In this document: one piece after another, positions 39,901 through 53,137 of the stretch | Numbering within the stretch: position 1 is the stretch's first letter | Layout: the number at the start of each line of letters is the position of its first letter | Notes under the pieces: model-generated | Database searches by the model: none | Seen by the model: only the letters and a program-made list of their open reading frames with translations | Told to the model about the DNA's origin: nothing | DNA from: Ruditapes philippinarum | Lineage: Eukaryota | NCBI RefSeq assembly: GCF_026571515.1 | Contig: NW_026860435.1 | Coordinates: 1-64,000, forward strand | Direction: 5' to 3' | Length of the DNA stretch: 64,000 nt | Program-made: the position numbers and the translations under genes

Positions 39901-42900
39901 GTCATATATGTGCCACTAGTAGACACCATGCTACGTTTAAGGAGGTATTGTTAAAAAATAACTGATTCACGAAAATGAGTCGTTAATGCGGAAGAGTCTG
40001 TAGATTTTGTACACATTTTTGTAAATCAAAGTACTGTGACAAAACAAGCACATTTCCTTGGAAACATTCTATTTTTAATGTAGAATAGCATTATATGTGT
40101 AGTTTATCGAAATAAAACTTGAGATCTTTTTCTTTTCTTTTCGTATGTTTCGCCTCGAACCATCTTTAATGATTTGATGTCGTAAAATTATATATTTAAC
40201 AAGGGAAAGCTCTTACCGCTAAGCAGTTGTTATCGCCGTCGCATTCCTGCATGCATGTAGTATTACCGTCAGATGTTGAAAACATCGTCATTTTCTGTAA
40301 ATATTCATAAAGTTATATCACACAAAAAAAAGATATCAAAAGGAAGTATTTGTAGAAAATGTATTGATTCTTAAATTTTTGTAGATGTCGCAGTGTATTG
40401 TTTTGTTTTGTTTTTTCTAAAAGAAAAACTAAGTACTGCAAGATTAGATTTAACGCAAAATGAGATGCAATTTAAATATACCTATCGGTAGCATAAATTC
40501 TTATGGATATACTAACATGTTCTTACGACAGTTTTTAGTTTTTTTTAAGTTTGCAACAGAGATATGCAAATGCATCGTAAAAAGTCCCATCTTAGTTGGA
40601 ATAAAAACTTGACTCGCGACTACAGGCTTGACAACGAAAAGAATCGATTTTCTTTCATAGTGGTGGCAATGGTGGTAGTTTCATTCGGGACATGACAGTA
40701 TGCCACATTGAGTTTACAACAGCACAGTTCAGCCATCGCGTCGTTCCTCTGCAGCATGTCATGAAGTATACCAGTAATACATGTAATTGTCTTCACTTTT
40801 GTAAGGAACTAAAAACTTCTCTACATGCCAAAATAGAGATACAGCGAGAATAACCGTTGAAAGAATTTCATGATCAATCACAATGAAAGTGACCTGCAGC
40901 GTCCAGGAATCGAACCCGAATCGCTCGAATCACACTCCAAAGCTCTACCTATTGAGTTGTCAGAGATTGCACATACAAAGGTGTTTGTGCATTCAACCAT
41001 AAAAATGTTAATCATATAATGTCAAAAATGAAAGGGTAATACATGTATATGTATCTTATTAAATTTTCTTAGTTAAACTTATGTTATTTTCATTACTTTA
41101 TGGCAAATTTTTAAAAGAATTGTAACATTTACTTTCTTTTGTTATTTTACAGTAAATGCATATAATCATGGAGTTGAATAGTGTAAGTATATCTGTGAAA
41201 TAATACAATGTTAGAGAACAAAACATTAAACTGCTAATCTAAGTAGGATTTTAACCATTTAGCAATAATTTCTACATGTGTCTGCGTCATTTCCTCTTAT
41301 GGAAATTTCCATATATAATATTTATTCATACACTCGGGTAGTTTTCAAAATTTAAACATTAATGTGCTGTATACTTAGGCAGCATATATGTATAGCTTTA
41401 TACCCTTTAAAATCTAGAAGTATTTAGTGACAAAACATATTGAGATAATATACCATTCTACTACATTGTTTTGAATACCAAACAGATCACAGCTTATATA
41501 CAATAGTACACATATTGTCAAATAATATTCATAAAATAATATAATTCTTTTGATAATGTCATTTTACGATTTAATCATTCGATACACGAAATTCTTTTGC
41601 AAGAAATATCAATGTTTATGTAATGTCAAATATGATTTACCTTCTCATGAAATATCAATCATTAGTTAAAGTCAAGTGTGATTTTTCTTCTCACGCAATA
41701 TGTGAGTTAGGGTCAATACTGAGTTTATTGAACGAGTTGCATAAATAATATGATGCGAGTTTCCTATGGCAAGCAAAATATAATTTTATTTAACTTGTTC
41801 AATAAATTCAGTAATGAACTTACAGGAATATAATATTCTATTTATCATATACCCTAAATAAAGACTGTTAAAAGTGCAGAAGAATCATTTTTGGTTGACG
41901 CACATAATTTTATAGTGTAACGCTTACATGTCTTAACGGCGTCACGTAAAAATATATGAACAGCCGTGCAGTACCAATTTTATTTCTTTGGATTGTCAGA
42001 CCAAAACAAAAATAATGGTAGCGAATATTCAGACCCTGAAATGCTAATTTGCAAAATCCGAAAGTAGTCCGAACTCCTCGATGCTGTTACTTTCCTTTAT
42101 AAGTACATTAACGCCGAAAAATTGAGGGACATCACTGCGTAAATAGTCAAACGACAGGCGCACTAATTTTCAAGCCTTCTCGGGGGAGAAAAAATAGTTC
42201 TCGATTTGTCGAAGATTTCTAATATTGTGTATTCTTTACAGATATACATGCATGCTTATACTAAACTCCATGATTATTTACATCAGTGTAAAACAATAGA
42301 TTTACCGTGAACAAAAAATAACTTAAAATCAATAAGGGCTATAAACCCTAAGTAAGGATAATGTGGGCTTTTTTTCAGACCATTATCTAATAAATTCCCC
42401 GTGGTTGAGGGGTTACACGCTCGTTTAGGAATCGAGAGGCCTGGAGTTCAAATCCCAATTAAGGCAACTCATGTTTTTTTGTTTTTTTTTTCTTATTGAA
42501 ATTGTTTAAGCCAAATAAACATTGAATTGACTATCGGTGTTGCAATTAGCCTAACAGCCAATTTGCTACAGTTATAACACTGAATACAGCATTGGTGGCA
42601 CTTAACAAAAACAAATTGGTTTATAATCTCACAACCTTCGCCTTTCTGATATCATGAGACCCAAACAAATTCATCGCCTTATGTGCTTTGATTATTTATG
42701 GAGTCGCAACTACGGCACGGGTATATGATAAAAATCTTTAGGTCATGTCATGCATCATTTACCTTCCCATTCATCGAGGGGGGTGTGCTCAGCTCTTCAT
42801 CGTTTACTTCTTTTGTCATCTCTATTGTTTGAACTACTCCTTCAACACTCATTTCTACCTCCATTTTCATTTTGTTAGCTGTAGATTGTGCATTCTTTAG

Positions 42901-45900
42901 TTTCATAGATCCATGCTTCTCTTTAAAACGAGGAAAGTTAAGATGAGTAATTTTAAAACAAAAGTTGCTTTTACATATCACAAACAATTATACGATATAG
43001 GCCACACTCAAAAGTCAGGCTGATGAAGAAAAAGTATCATAGTATTGCAAGCAATCCATAAGTCTCCTACCGGTAAGAACCCAAGCAACATTCTGTAGGG
43101 CCAATGAACATAAATATTTTGACTTCTTAGTTTGCTTGTATCATAGTAATGTGTAAAATGTCCATGCATAGTTCTACAACAGATAATCAAAAGATCCAAT
43201 CTTCTCAGGATGAATATGTATAACTAATGTTTCAACTTTTCTCTATTTTAGATAAATTTGTTGGAAAAGTTCCGAGTTCTTAAGTAGTGATATCAGGAAA
43301 CAGGTTTTAGGAACGGACAGACAGACGGACTGAAGGACACTGTGAAGGTAAATCTTTAAACATCCCTGGTTGTTATCAAAATATAACTTTTTCAAAGGCA
43401 AAATTCTTAGAGAGGAGATAACTCTTGAAATAAAGATGCTAGACTTATGAACATTAGCATACATGATGTAAGTTTAGAAAAGAACAATTATCTTAAGTTT
43501 AAGGAATATACCATTTATATTTACAAAAAAGAAAATTAAAAAAAATCAAATAAATTTTAAAACTCATTGAAACCCGTGACTTATAAATCTGATCACATAT
43601 AATGTAGGTACTGATAAATATAGTAACAAAAAAGAAAATAAAAAAAAAACATCAAATAAATTTCAAGTGCAAAATGTTAATACTCATTGAAACACGTGAT
43701 TAATAAATCTAATCACATATGATGTAGGTACTGATAATGAATGTATATTTTGAAATTAAAGTAAATTTATGAAGAATGAAAGACGGAGGTTCAAGGAGGG
43801 GATAATTCTGCAAATATGGATGCTAGATTTATAAACCTTGTCATATTATTATGATGTGGGAGTTTGAAGTAAATACTAAAATGAATGAAGTAGTTGAAGT
43901 AAATTGAGTAAATAATACTAATTTCTAGAAAACAAAACTAGGTTCAAGGGGCATAAATATGGAAACAGTCAATCTATGATATAAACCTTCTAGCAAATCA
44001 CTTGAGTGCTAAAAAGAAACAAATATAATGTATGAAGTTTGAAGTAGATACATTAAATAATAAAGAAATTCGATTGAGGTAATTCTGATAATTTTTGTGC
44101 AAGAGTTGTAAAACATGTCACATATGATGTGGTTGATGATCTGAATCATGCATTTGAAGTTTGAAGTAAATACCTTAAGAAATAAATAACTTATAGTGAA
44201 AAAGTGTAAAAACTAGAATCAGAAAACTTGACAAGTTTGCAGGACAGCTCTCAATATAAACTCCATATTGCCTTTAGTTTAAGTACTTTTTGAGAAATCA
44301 CAAATATTGTTAAATTTTCAATATTTTCACTCTATTTGTTGCCACAACAACCAAAGTTTTCAACATAGGAAGAAAAAAATTAGACGTATGAAATTGTTTG
44401 ATTTCATAAACCTGTAAATGGCATACTGATTATACGGTCAATGCACTCAATATTTTAATCATCGATATATTTCCGGTAAGGTAAGTTCCGTGAGATGTAC
44501 ACGATAAGGTGTGATTTGATTTAATAAGTATCCATGAAATACTCATTTATGTTGAAAAGATAAAGAAAGAGTAGGTCTAAAACTATGGCAACAGTAGGGA
44601 TTGAACAAGTTTTACTACATATTTACTACGAGGACAGAACCGAAGTTGTATCGGATATTTAAATGAGTTATATATAATGTTTTCATAATTGACAGGCCAA
44701 TAAAATCCCCCGATATCCACCCATAAATCAAGTTTCAAAAAAATATGTTCAGTACTTTTTTCCGTTATCACTGGATCCATTTAACGTGTTAAATTTGCCA
44801 TATTTTCACTCTTTTTGTTGCCATAAGTTTACTGCCGATGTCCTGACTAAAGCCGAGGGGATATGCTATACAAAGTGTATTTTATATCTTTTTCTATTCT
44901 AGCATGCTTATTAAAATTAAGGAATCATTGTTGATATAATTATGGTTTTATTCAAATGTCTAGGCTGTTCCACGTTGGTGTCTGCTATATATACAGTACG
45001 TCTGCGTTGACAAAAGTTCTCCTTCGCTTGGAAAAATATTACTATGCTGGCAAAACATTAAATTTTGACCCCGTTGAGAATATACCGACTATAGCCATTG
45101 TTTTAAATGTTGAAAATATCCCGTCAATGGTGAGATATACCGTCAAATGTCATTTTTCAATGTTGAAAATATACCGAAATGAGTCATGTTATAAACTTGA
45201 GAATAAACCCTCGTGGGTCATTTTTCAATGTCAATGTTTACTTTTCAACGATGAAAATAATCAATATTCAGCTTTGATAAGAAATGTATTGAAACCGGAT
45301 TAGTTGTTAAACATTGATTAAAATAGGATCATTTTAATGGTCACTGAGACACCGGCAAAGTTTTGGATTTTTCATTCAAAATTCTATTCTGTATAGTCCT
45401 CAAAATGAATACACTAGACAGTCACAGGAACACAAAAGTTTTGCTTATTAAGAATAAAATGGTGGTTTCTTAACTTGACCCACGTGAGTCTTATTAATTA
45501 GAGCATTAAAATTTCACAAAAGTTGTCACAGTGAACTCTGGAAATATGCAATCATACAATATCCACAATATCTGTTATTGTTAGTTAACTTGACACACGT
45601 AAGTCTTGTTAGAACATTAAATTTTCACAATAGTTGTCACAGTGAACTCTGGAAACATGTAATCATACAATATCCACAATATCTGTTATTAAAACTTCCA
45701 GGGTTTGTTCACGTCACATGACTTGTTTTAAAACTACTTGGTGACTCTGTCGGTGTCTAAATTGCGTTCAACATATATAGATATATTTACACTTGAAACC
45801 CATAATATATAGAATTTAAACGGAAATTCATGCTTGGACTTTCAAAATATCATTTTAGCTTAATTAATATTTTTGTCATCAATTTTCCTGAGTTTTCCTT

Positions 45901-47806
45901 TAACCTAAGTTAACTTCTTGCGTAAGAGAAGCACTCATAATCAAAGGGCCTTCATGAGGCCGAGTCTGGTCTCAAATTCACAATTTTGTCGGGATAGGCA
46001 AGATCAACTATCTATATGTTGCAGAGAGACTGATAACGTAAGTTTAAGACAATGATGTCAAACAGTTAGTTTCGTGATCGGAGTTCGCGAGAGTCTTTTT
46101 CGACGATAACACTATTTAATGTCATAATTATCAACAATTTTACAAAGTTGTACAATCTTCTGGGCGGTTGCTTATGAAAGGTTTGATAGACTGAAATGGC
46201 ATTCACTTTTTAAATGATTTGATTATAATCGAACTAAGACTTAGGGTATCGTGTCATGTTTACCTCCGCTGTCACGAACGCGAGGTTGATACCTTAGGTG
46301 ACATTATGCCCATCCGATAGTAAATCGTGAGTCACAAGAAATGAATAATCTTCTTGGTATGAATGATAAAAGAAACGCGCATGCGTAGATGTACTTTTTA
46401 AGCAATCTTTCAACATCTTTTGTTTTTAATTAAGGCGTGAATAATAATAACAGATGTTAAAAGAGAGCTTTTAAAAAAACTACTACGTGTGTATACATAA
46501 AATTTCTTTCTTTAAAAAAAGAACATAAATAAGCAAATGTGCGCTATAATTACATATAATAAAACGTATAAAATTTAAAAAAAGCAAGAAAGAAACAATG
46601 GTTTTTAATCAACATTATACACAAAATATAGGTTTGCAAGTTACGGACATAGCTTTAAAAAAAATGAACTTCATTTTCAGATGTTTTACGGATATTTGGA
46701 AAAGGTTTTGGGCAAATAATTGTGAATTTGCAATAACTGTATACATGTATTTACTACACTAGTGAATCCTTCAACAATCCTCTTTTTTTGCGATCTACCT
46801 GTGCTAGTATATAGTACATATAATAGTAAAATACATTAAAAGTAAGACGGGAAAACAGTGATCGATGAACAAACCACATAGGGTACCAAAAAAAAAACAA
46901 GAGAAAACATGCCCTTTAAAATTATGTAAAATCACAACAAAGAACCATGAAAGTATGGTTAGACTAAATTGTTAATTAATGCAAAAATAATGTCCCGCAA
47001 TGAGACACATCTGCAAGTACGAAAAAATAACTGTCCAGTATTTCTTTAATATTGGATGGAAATTATTTAGATATCGAATACCTTATTTTTTTAGAAATAT
47101 TGGATAGTTCCTTTAGTGCAATAAATAGAAGATATTCAAGTTTTTTCTATAAATACAGGATTCATTTTCTTCAAGTGTTGAATGTATCTATCTATTTATC
47201 TTTTTTTTTAATTTTTCATTACAATTACGTTCCCAAGAAAAGTTTGTGTATTAGCTGAATTTAGAAGAAACTTATACGAAAATTTGTTTCACTGCAAAAT
47301 ATTTTTTACAGTGAAAATATGGAAAATGAAAAAAATCTCAAAAGTTCGTCTATAACTATATAATTAACCCATTTATATACAGAAACAACTAAGGATGATG
47401 TCAAAAACATGTTTAAATCCAAAATTTCCACATGTTTTGGAACATGACAGGTATATTTTAATGACTTCCAGTTTTCAACGGCAATGACGTTTTTGATTTT
47501 TGTTTATCTTCTAAACTTTCAGGAAAAGAATGCAAGTACTATCACTTTTATTACGTGAACCCAATTTAATGTAGCTTCTTCTGATTTTCCATTTTAGTGG
47601 ATATAAAAACTTCAAATAGCAAATGAAAAATACACAAAGAAAAAAGATAAAGAAAAAAAATATCAAACTAAGTAAGCCTTAAATTGGGAATAAGAAAAAG
47701 AAAACTTACTTTGAGAATGTTTACTTTTTCCTGATGGAGCAGCAAAAGTACTTTCAAGAATAATGAGCACTGCAATCACTAGAAAGTAAATCCTACAACG
47801 TGGCAT
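24650..47806 (-). CDS. Secreted M12B (reprolysin; ADAM/ADAMTS-like) zinc metalloprotease, 586 aa; exons 47806-47710, 42920-42763, 40294-40217, 39398-39281, 37519-37372, 37081-37003, 36222-36106, 35748-35561, 30420-30341, 29880-29754, 29311-29150, 28915-28759, 27485-27303, 24718-24650
   Basis: 14 AG/GT exons chain in phase with no stops (1761 nt). Signal peptide MPRCRIYFLVIAVLIILESTFA; FQHLAFLTDYDI; SVIGFVPSLATMC; zinc motif HEMGHSLGAPHD split across an intron; Met-turn FVMYP; FSECS; ADAMTS-type Cys-rich module LPGTKYGPDDQCKIFFG...DGTRC...KYCYHGEC. Pro-region exons 2-5 rest on phase and splice signals only. Confidence 0.88.
26046..26760 (-). mobile_element. 3' remnant of a CR1/L2-type LINE
   Basis: Minus strand gives a degenerate post-RT sequence (YITPTSDYGCLIWSQCN) and ends in an (ATT)n tail near 26046-26087. 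Confidence 0.6.
27486..28445. repeat. Compound trinucleotide tract (CTG/CTA/CCA/TTG) including a tandem duplication of the intron 3' end
   Basis: The block CTGTAAATATATGTATAATATAGTGAAATGTGTTTTAAT.GAAGCATC.TCCGATAAA starts at both 27486 and 27723, each followed by the same order of triplet runs. Confidence 0.9.
30545..31343 (-). mobile_element. HINE-type element with ~162-bp tandem units, opposite orientation to 4480-6953
   Basis: AATATTGGTGCTA recurs near 30636, 30800, 30961 and 31123; GACGCGGACGCCGAC microsatellite; terminus TATAGTCGAGCTCAAAA carries the same subTIR. Confidence 0.7.
31553..34694. mobile_element. Non-autonomous Tc1/mariner-type DNA transposon, 3142 bp
   Basis: Perfect 19-bp TIR CAGTTGAGTTCACACTAAA at both ends, TA at 31551-31552 and 34695-34696, subterminal GTGCAC clusters, internal ~530-bp duplication, no transposase ORF. 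Confidence 0.9.
39450..39850. repeat. 26-bp minisatellite, about 15 copies
   Basis: Unit GCATTATATAACAAGACCGCTGGGTA, head to tail, about 50 bp from the acceptor of metalloprotease exon 4. Confidence 0.95.
42400..42466 (+). repeat. Degenerate tRNA-like (SINE head-like) fragment
   Basis: GTGGTTGAGGGGTTA...GAGAGGCCTGGAGTTCAAATCCC (A/B-box-like); a similar fragment lies on - at about 40898-40960. Confidence 0.4.
43240..44260 (-). mobile_element. Degenerate HINE-type repeat cluster
   Basis: ACGGACAGACAGACGGAC microsatellite plus decayed units (GTTCAAGGGG, GCTAGACTTATGAAC, TTTGAAGTTTGAAGTAAATACC) resembling 30545-31343. Confidence 0.55.
45040..45260. mobile_element. MITE-like fragment with repeated GTTGAAAATATACC motifs
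   Basis: Several TTGA(A/G)AATATACC repeats with inverted TTTTCAA(T/C)G motifs; ends not resolved. Confidence 0.4.
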
Positions 47807-50800
47807 CTTTGTTGTCGGCTTGAAAATCTCTTATTCTAAATCACTTTTAAGTCCTTCTGCTAACGCGTCCGGGCGAGAAATGACTTAAATTGGATATGTT
47901 TTGTTTATATACACATGTCAATATGAAATAAATCAATGGTAATTTAAATGTGAACATGTGTAATGAGAACTATGTGTGGGGCAACTTTCCCAAGTTAATT
48001 AAAATAACATATTTTCAGTCAATTGACACTCCTTAGACGTATTTACAACATGTACGATTTTATATCCATATGTTTGTACTGTGTAAATGGCTTAACTTTC
48101 AGAAAGTCGAGATATTTTCAAAATTTAAAATGGGAATCTTTGATGTATTCTCACATGGAATTCAGAGAGTAACCTCCATTTATGATCCTGAAAACATATA
48201 CAAAATTAATGCCTGCAATTCTGAAAATTGATGTTACATACTAAAACTTAAAGGACTTAGCAAGGTAAAAGCCTTTTTTGAGGTTAGAAAAAGTTTTGCA
48301 AGCAAGTCTATAATGACATGTACTAGTATATACTCATGGCATTTATTTTTAACTTAAACATATAACATCAGTTTTGGAAAGAAAACAGAAAATATTCACA
48401 TGAAACCTAATACATGTCTAGGGATCATAATTAGAGGTCTCTATCCAAGCCCCATAAAAGTCAGGTGCCCTTTGTTAATGTAGACATTTCTTGGTGCAAC
48501 ATGATGATGTTTAATCCTTTATGCAATTCCCTCAGCAATATCCGGTGCTTTCAGTACTTTGTTTTCAACAGTGATGAATAATTCACGATGTGTATTAGGG
48601 TGAACGAACCTGGCAGTGTACTCTGGAGAAACAGATGTTTTATCTCCATCCTTTTTTATTGATTTACATTGAACTTTAATTTCCTGTTCATTTATGTGAA
48701 TAAACTTTGAAAATCATAATATGAATATAGCAAAACCTCAAGCGAGCTCTTTAAAAGAAATAATAGTTCGTATACTATATTTATTATACCTATCGGCAGC
48801 TGCACGTTTTAAAACTACACCTTAACTTTACAAAACCACTTTTGAATAACTGTTCATTATATTGTTGATCTATCATAACCTTATGCATATTATATGCCTT
48901 AGTTTTGAATAAAATCTTGAAATCTTAAATCTTGATTTAATAAGAACATAGAACTGTACGGTACACCTTCGGTCGCACAATTAGCTCAACACTACCAAAC
49001 ATTATTTTAACCTCAAAAAACGGTCATTTCATGTTTTATTAGACAGCGTGCATGCGCCGTCTAGTAGATATGCATTTGTTCATATAGCAACTGGGGACAT
49101 TTCAAACTTGATTTTGTGCATTGTTTTCTTGGTTTAACAAAATCACATTGTTTTTAAATTTCCTAATAAAAATAGCTTTTATGATGTACAAAATGTCACA
49201 GAGCTTTAAGGGATTAAAAGAAACGTTTAACTGAAGCGATAGTGCCATGTTTGAATATCACATTCTTTTGATAATTATCTCTACCTAATAAATAACGTGC
49301 CAGTGAGCCAGTCTATAGTCGATCGTTCTAGTCTAATGACGGGAACCAGGGAACAAGAGGTATCATTAAAATACGCAACGGAGATTTCATTGGCAATACG
49401 GAAACAGCGGAAATATTTTTTGCAAAACAGGCAAAACGTGTTCGACATGTAATTCATGAAAATAATTAACATTTAAGTTATAAAATAGATTAATTGATTG
49501 AAAAAAGTACGTTTATTTTTAAATGTATCACAAATATTTGCAATAGGTTATTTTGAAGGATTCTGTGACTGACGATTGTTCTCTTACACCTTGATTTTTT
49601 AATACATTTAGTGATCCTATACCTAGATTCTAGGCGAATATGCAATCTTTAGTTTAATCAAATAGTTTAATCTTTTATAAATAAGAAAAAAAAAAGTAAC
49701 TAAGAATTGATTATAAATATATATCATTTTTTTCATTTCTATTATTATAAAATTACCGACATATTTTTGCTATTTATAAAATAAGAGACAGTTCGCCCTC
49801 AAAGTCATTCAAATTCATTCGGACGAACATTATGCAATTCGCACCAATATTTAAATGGACATATTCTCGGCACACATTGTCCTGAATTCATTTTAAGTTT
49901 ACCAATCATGTCAATTTTTCTTGTTATCCATTTTTTTTTGCTTCGACCAGACGTTTCAATCATTGTCGCAAAAGACAAACATTTCAGACTTTCAGACACG
50001 TAACAAGAACATGGAGAAAAAATTGATAAGTGCTTCGGATATTTAACTGTGGAGAACGATTTTCAATTCAGATTTTGTACATTACATGTGACTGTTCACA
50101 TCATTTGGCGGCGTCTTTGATATGCAGAATCAACTTTTAACTTGTACGATATCTAAATTGAATCTACCCGTCAACTAACATAAATTCACTTAAAATCCAA
50201 TTTCGGGATTAATAGCGAGCTCGAAGAGCAGGCCAGAAGGTCCTGCTCGCGAAGCGAGCTTTATGGTAAAGATAGTGATGGCTTTAAAAACTTTCGCCGA
50301 AAGTACTGCAAAATTATGGGAATCGATAATCGCAATTTTTCGAATTAAAAGATAACGATAAAAGCCGAGGAATTTTTTTTGAAAACGGATGCGCAGACTG
50401 GTCTCCAGCACACTTCAATGGGAACCATAGTAGGACAGGGAACCAAAATAAACGGGAGTGATACTAAAATAAAGTTTCCTTTAAAAAGGAAAGGCTTGCC
50501 CAGTTGTGCCCAGTTGTGCCCATCCCTTTAAAATAATTGTATGATAAAGAAAGAATGATACAAAAATAATAAATTGACCTTATATACCAGTAAAAAAACA
50601 AGGTACCTATGATTTTACAGGTATAGTGGGTCAATTTATTATCACTATTTTTTTAATTATTTGTATATCATACAGGGTTTATTTAGGGTTTTGTTTTCGA
50701 AAAAAAAATATTTCACTTTTAAAGGGGTAGGTAGGGTAATCCCAAGACTCGATGAGTACCTGTGTCTATTTGTGCCACCAGTGTTATGCATGCAAATTTT

Positions 50801-52123
50801 GACAAAAGAAGGAACAGAAGTCCACTGATTATAACTGAACAGGAACATGCTGACGATAACAGTAGCAACTTTTTTTGTAAAAACGAATATTTCTTTTGTC
50901 AAAAACGATTTGAAATCTACTCTCTTTTGTCAAAAAACTAATAAAGAAAATAATCAATCGTAAAAATACTAACATTGGCCCTCCCACGTCGAGGAAATAA
51001 AAGTATCTATCTATCATACTGAAGGGAAACAAGCGTGCACATTTCATTTTCCCTTTTTTCGAAAAAAGAGTCATTCGTTTTGGCAGTTTCATTTAAATAG
51101 CAGTTTTATAGACAAGTAAATGCACTAAAAGGTACCAATTAATATGCATGTATCAAATATGTTACCTGTCACAGATATACCGACAACACAGGATGCGCTA
51201 TCTGTAGATCAGCACGTGGTCAGGTTAATGATATGCATGGGCTATTTTTAGAAACTAACTTTTGCGTCTTGAAAACGAATTGAAACGGAATATTTTCGTT
51301 CATAATTTATTTTTTCTTTCTACTTACTCTTTAAACCGATAAATCAGGTAAAAATACAAATCCTATTTATAAGAACAAACTGGGATTACCGAAGTAACTA
51401 AAAATAGCTTAAATTTCCGTAATATTACTTCGTCTGATTCCGCAGTATGACGAAATCGCACAAATGTCACGGTTGCAGCGGAAACCTAAACTGGTTTCCA
51501 ATTCCACCATGCGCTAACAAATTGTAAGCAGGAAACCACCTAACCAGAACAAGTTTTCCAAAACAAATGACTTGGGGGCAGGGGACATATTCGAATGATG
51601 GCCCCGGTCAAATTTTTTACCCTTTCGGCCGTGGCCGCAAGCCAAAGAGGATTGGAGCACCACACTAAATACCGTATTCCGGTATATACCGGACAAGGCG
51701 CTAAATGATAAAATGCTACAATCTTGCCTTTTAAACCAACGGAATGAACTTTTAAAGGTCTAATTCATCTTTTCACACCGATTTATGCATGATAATGAAT
51801 GAAAAATGCAAACATCGGCGAAAAAACGACATTTGTCTATTTTGTGATCATGATTTCTGCAAGCGTCTAGCTGTACTGCTCCAATCCTGTAATATGATTT
51901 TTTGCTTGAAACAAGCAGCAGCTCAGAAGATGAAGCTGAAAACGATACGAATGAATTAGCACTGCTTGCATTATCAACGCAATAACTTTTTGTGAGCAGA
52001 AAATACACTTGAAATATGTGACGACCCCAAGAATGTATGTGTAGCCTGTTATACTTGATCAGATTGTTTTGCCCAAACATTTTTTGTCAAAATTAATTAT
52101 ATATATTATTTTTACTTTAACAG

Positions 52124-53137
52124 ATCAAGAGAAAAGAAGGTCCGAGTTGAAGGATATGTGGATGAAGTTGTTCCACGCTACAGTCTGGATGATTTTAGAA
52201 TGTTTTTCAGAATGTCCAGGCCTACTTTTGAATTGATAGCTAGACAAGTTGGGACATTCCTACAAGAGTACCAGGTAGTTCGTTCTTCTGGTCGGAGTCC
52301 AATTACAGTTGAAACCCATTTAATGATATTTCTCTGGTATGTTGGGAGTCTAGAGCCATTGTGCCGAATTGCAGATCGGTTTAATGTGACTCAATTTTCA
52401 GTACTTAACATTCGCAAAAGAATATGTAAAGTATTTCTTAAACATTTGAAGTTAAAGTATATAGTCTGGCCCACAGGACAGGAGCGACTACATGTGGTCA
52501 ATGTCTTTCAAGAGAAAAAAGACTTTCCTGATATAGCTGGAGCCATTGATAGCACCCATATTCAGATCAAACCTCCTAAAGAGCACCCTCAAACATACGT
52601 GAACAGAAAGGGCTACCATTCGATAAACCTTCAGTGTGTTTGTCGTGAGGACATGAGATATATTCACTGTTTTGCAGGATGGCCTGGCAGTTGTCATGAT
52701 TCTCGTGTTTTAAAAAACTCTGACCTATGACAGAAGGGACAACAGCTACACAACGATGGTCATCACCTTATAGGAGATGGTGGATTTCCCCTTAAAGTTT
52801 GGCTTATGACCCCATTTCGAGACAATGGGCATTTAACACGTGAGCAGCGACATTACATTATTGTCTGTCAGCATCACGTCAGGTCAAAGAACGGTCTTTT
52901 TCACTTCTCAAAGGACGTTTCAGACGACTCAAGTACTTGGATGTTTACAAGGTTGAGGTGGACGTTAAGCTGTGCATTTCTTGCTGTATTCTGCATAATA
53001 TCTGTATTATGGAATCTGACGAACTAGATGAGTACTTCAATGAAGACCAAGTTCAGCCAGCACGAAATCCACAAGCAGCAGAAAATGATGCAGCCGCCAC
53101 AAATAAAAGAAATCAAATATGTCAGCTGCTACCATAA
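52124..53137 (+). pseudogene. Harbinger (HARBI1-like) DDE transposase pseudogene
   Basis: Acceptor TTAACAG ends at 52123. Motifs FRMSRPTFE, GAIDSTHI, YVNRKGYHSINLQCVC, GWPGSCHDSRV; in-frame TGA at 52728-52730; then IGDGGFPL...LMTPF; 1-nt frameshift near 52857; then SRQVKERSFSLLKGRFRRL, CCILHNICI. A decayed acidic upstream exon lies at about 51890-51985. Confidence 0.92.

Noticed and set aside
44956-45303. 115-aa ORF
   Set aside because: Overlaps MITE-like subterminal repeats (repeated VENIP peptides) in an intron of the opposite-strand gene.
48440-48710. ATG-less minus-strand open stretch (...EYTARFVHPNTHRELFITVENKVLKAPDIAEGIA*) upstream of the protease
   Set aside because: Short, stop-interrupted, with no recognisable motif or partner exon.
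52124-53137. Domesticated host HARBI1 gene
   Set aside because: It has a stop and a frameshift, lies between TIRs and faces a disabled Myb partner, so it is a dead transposon copy.
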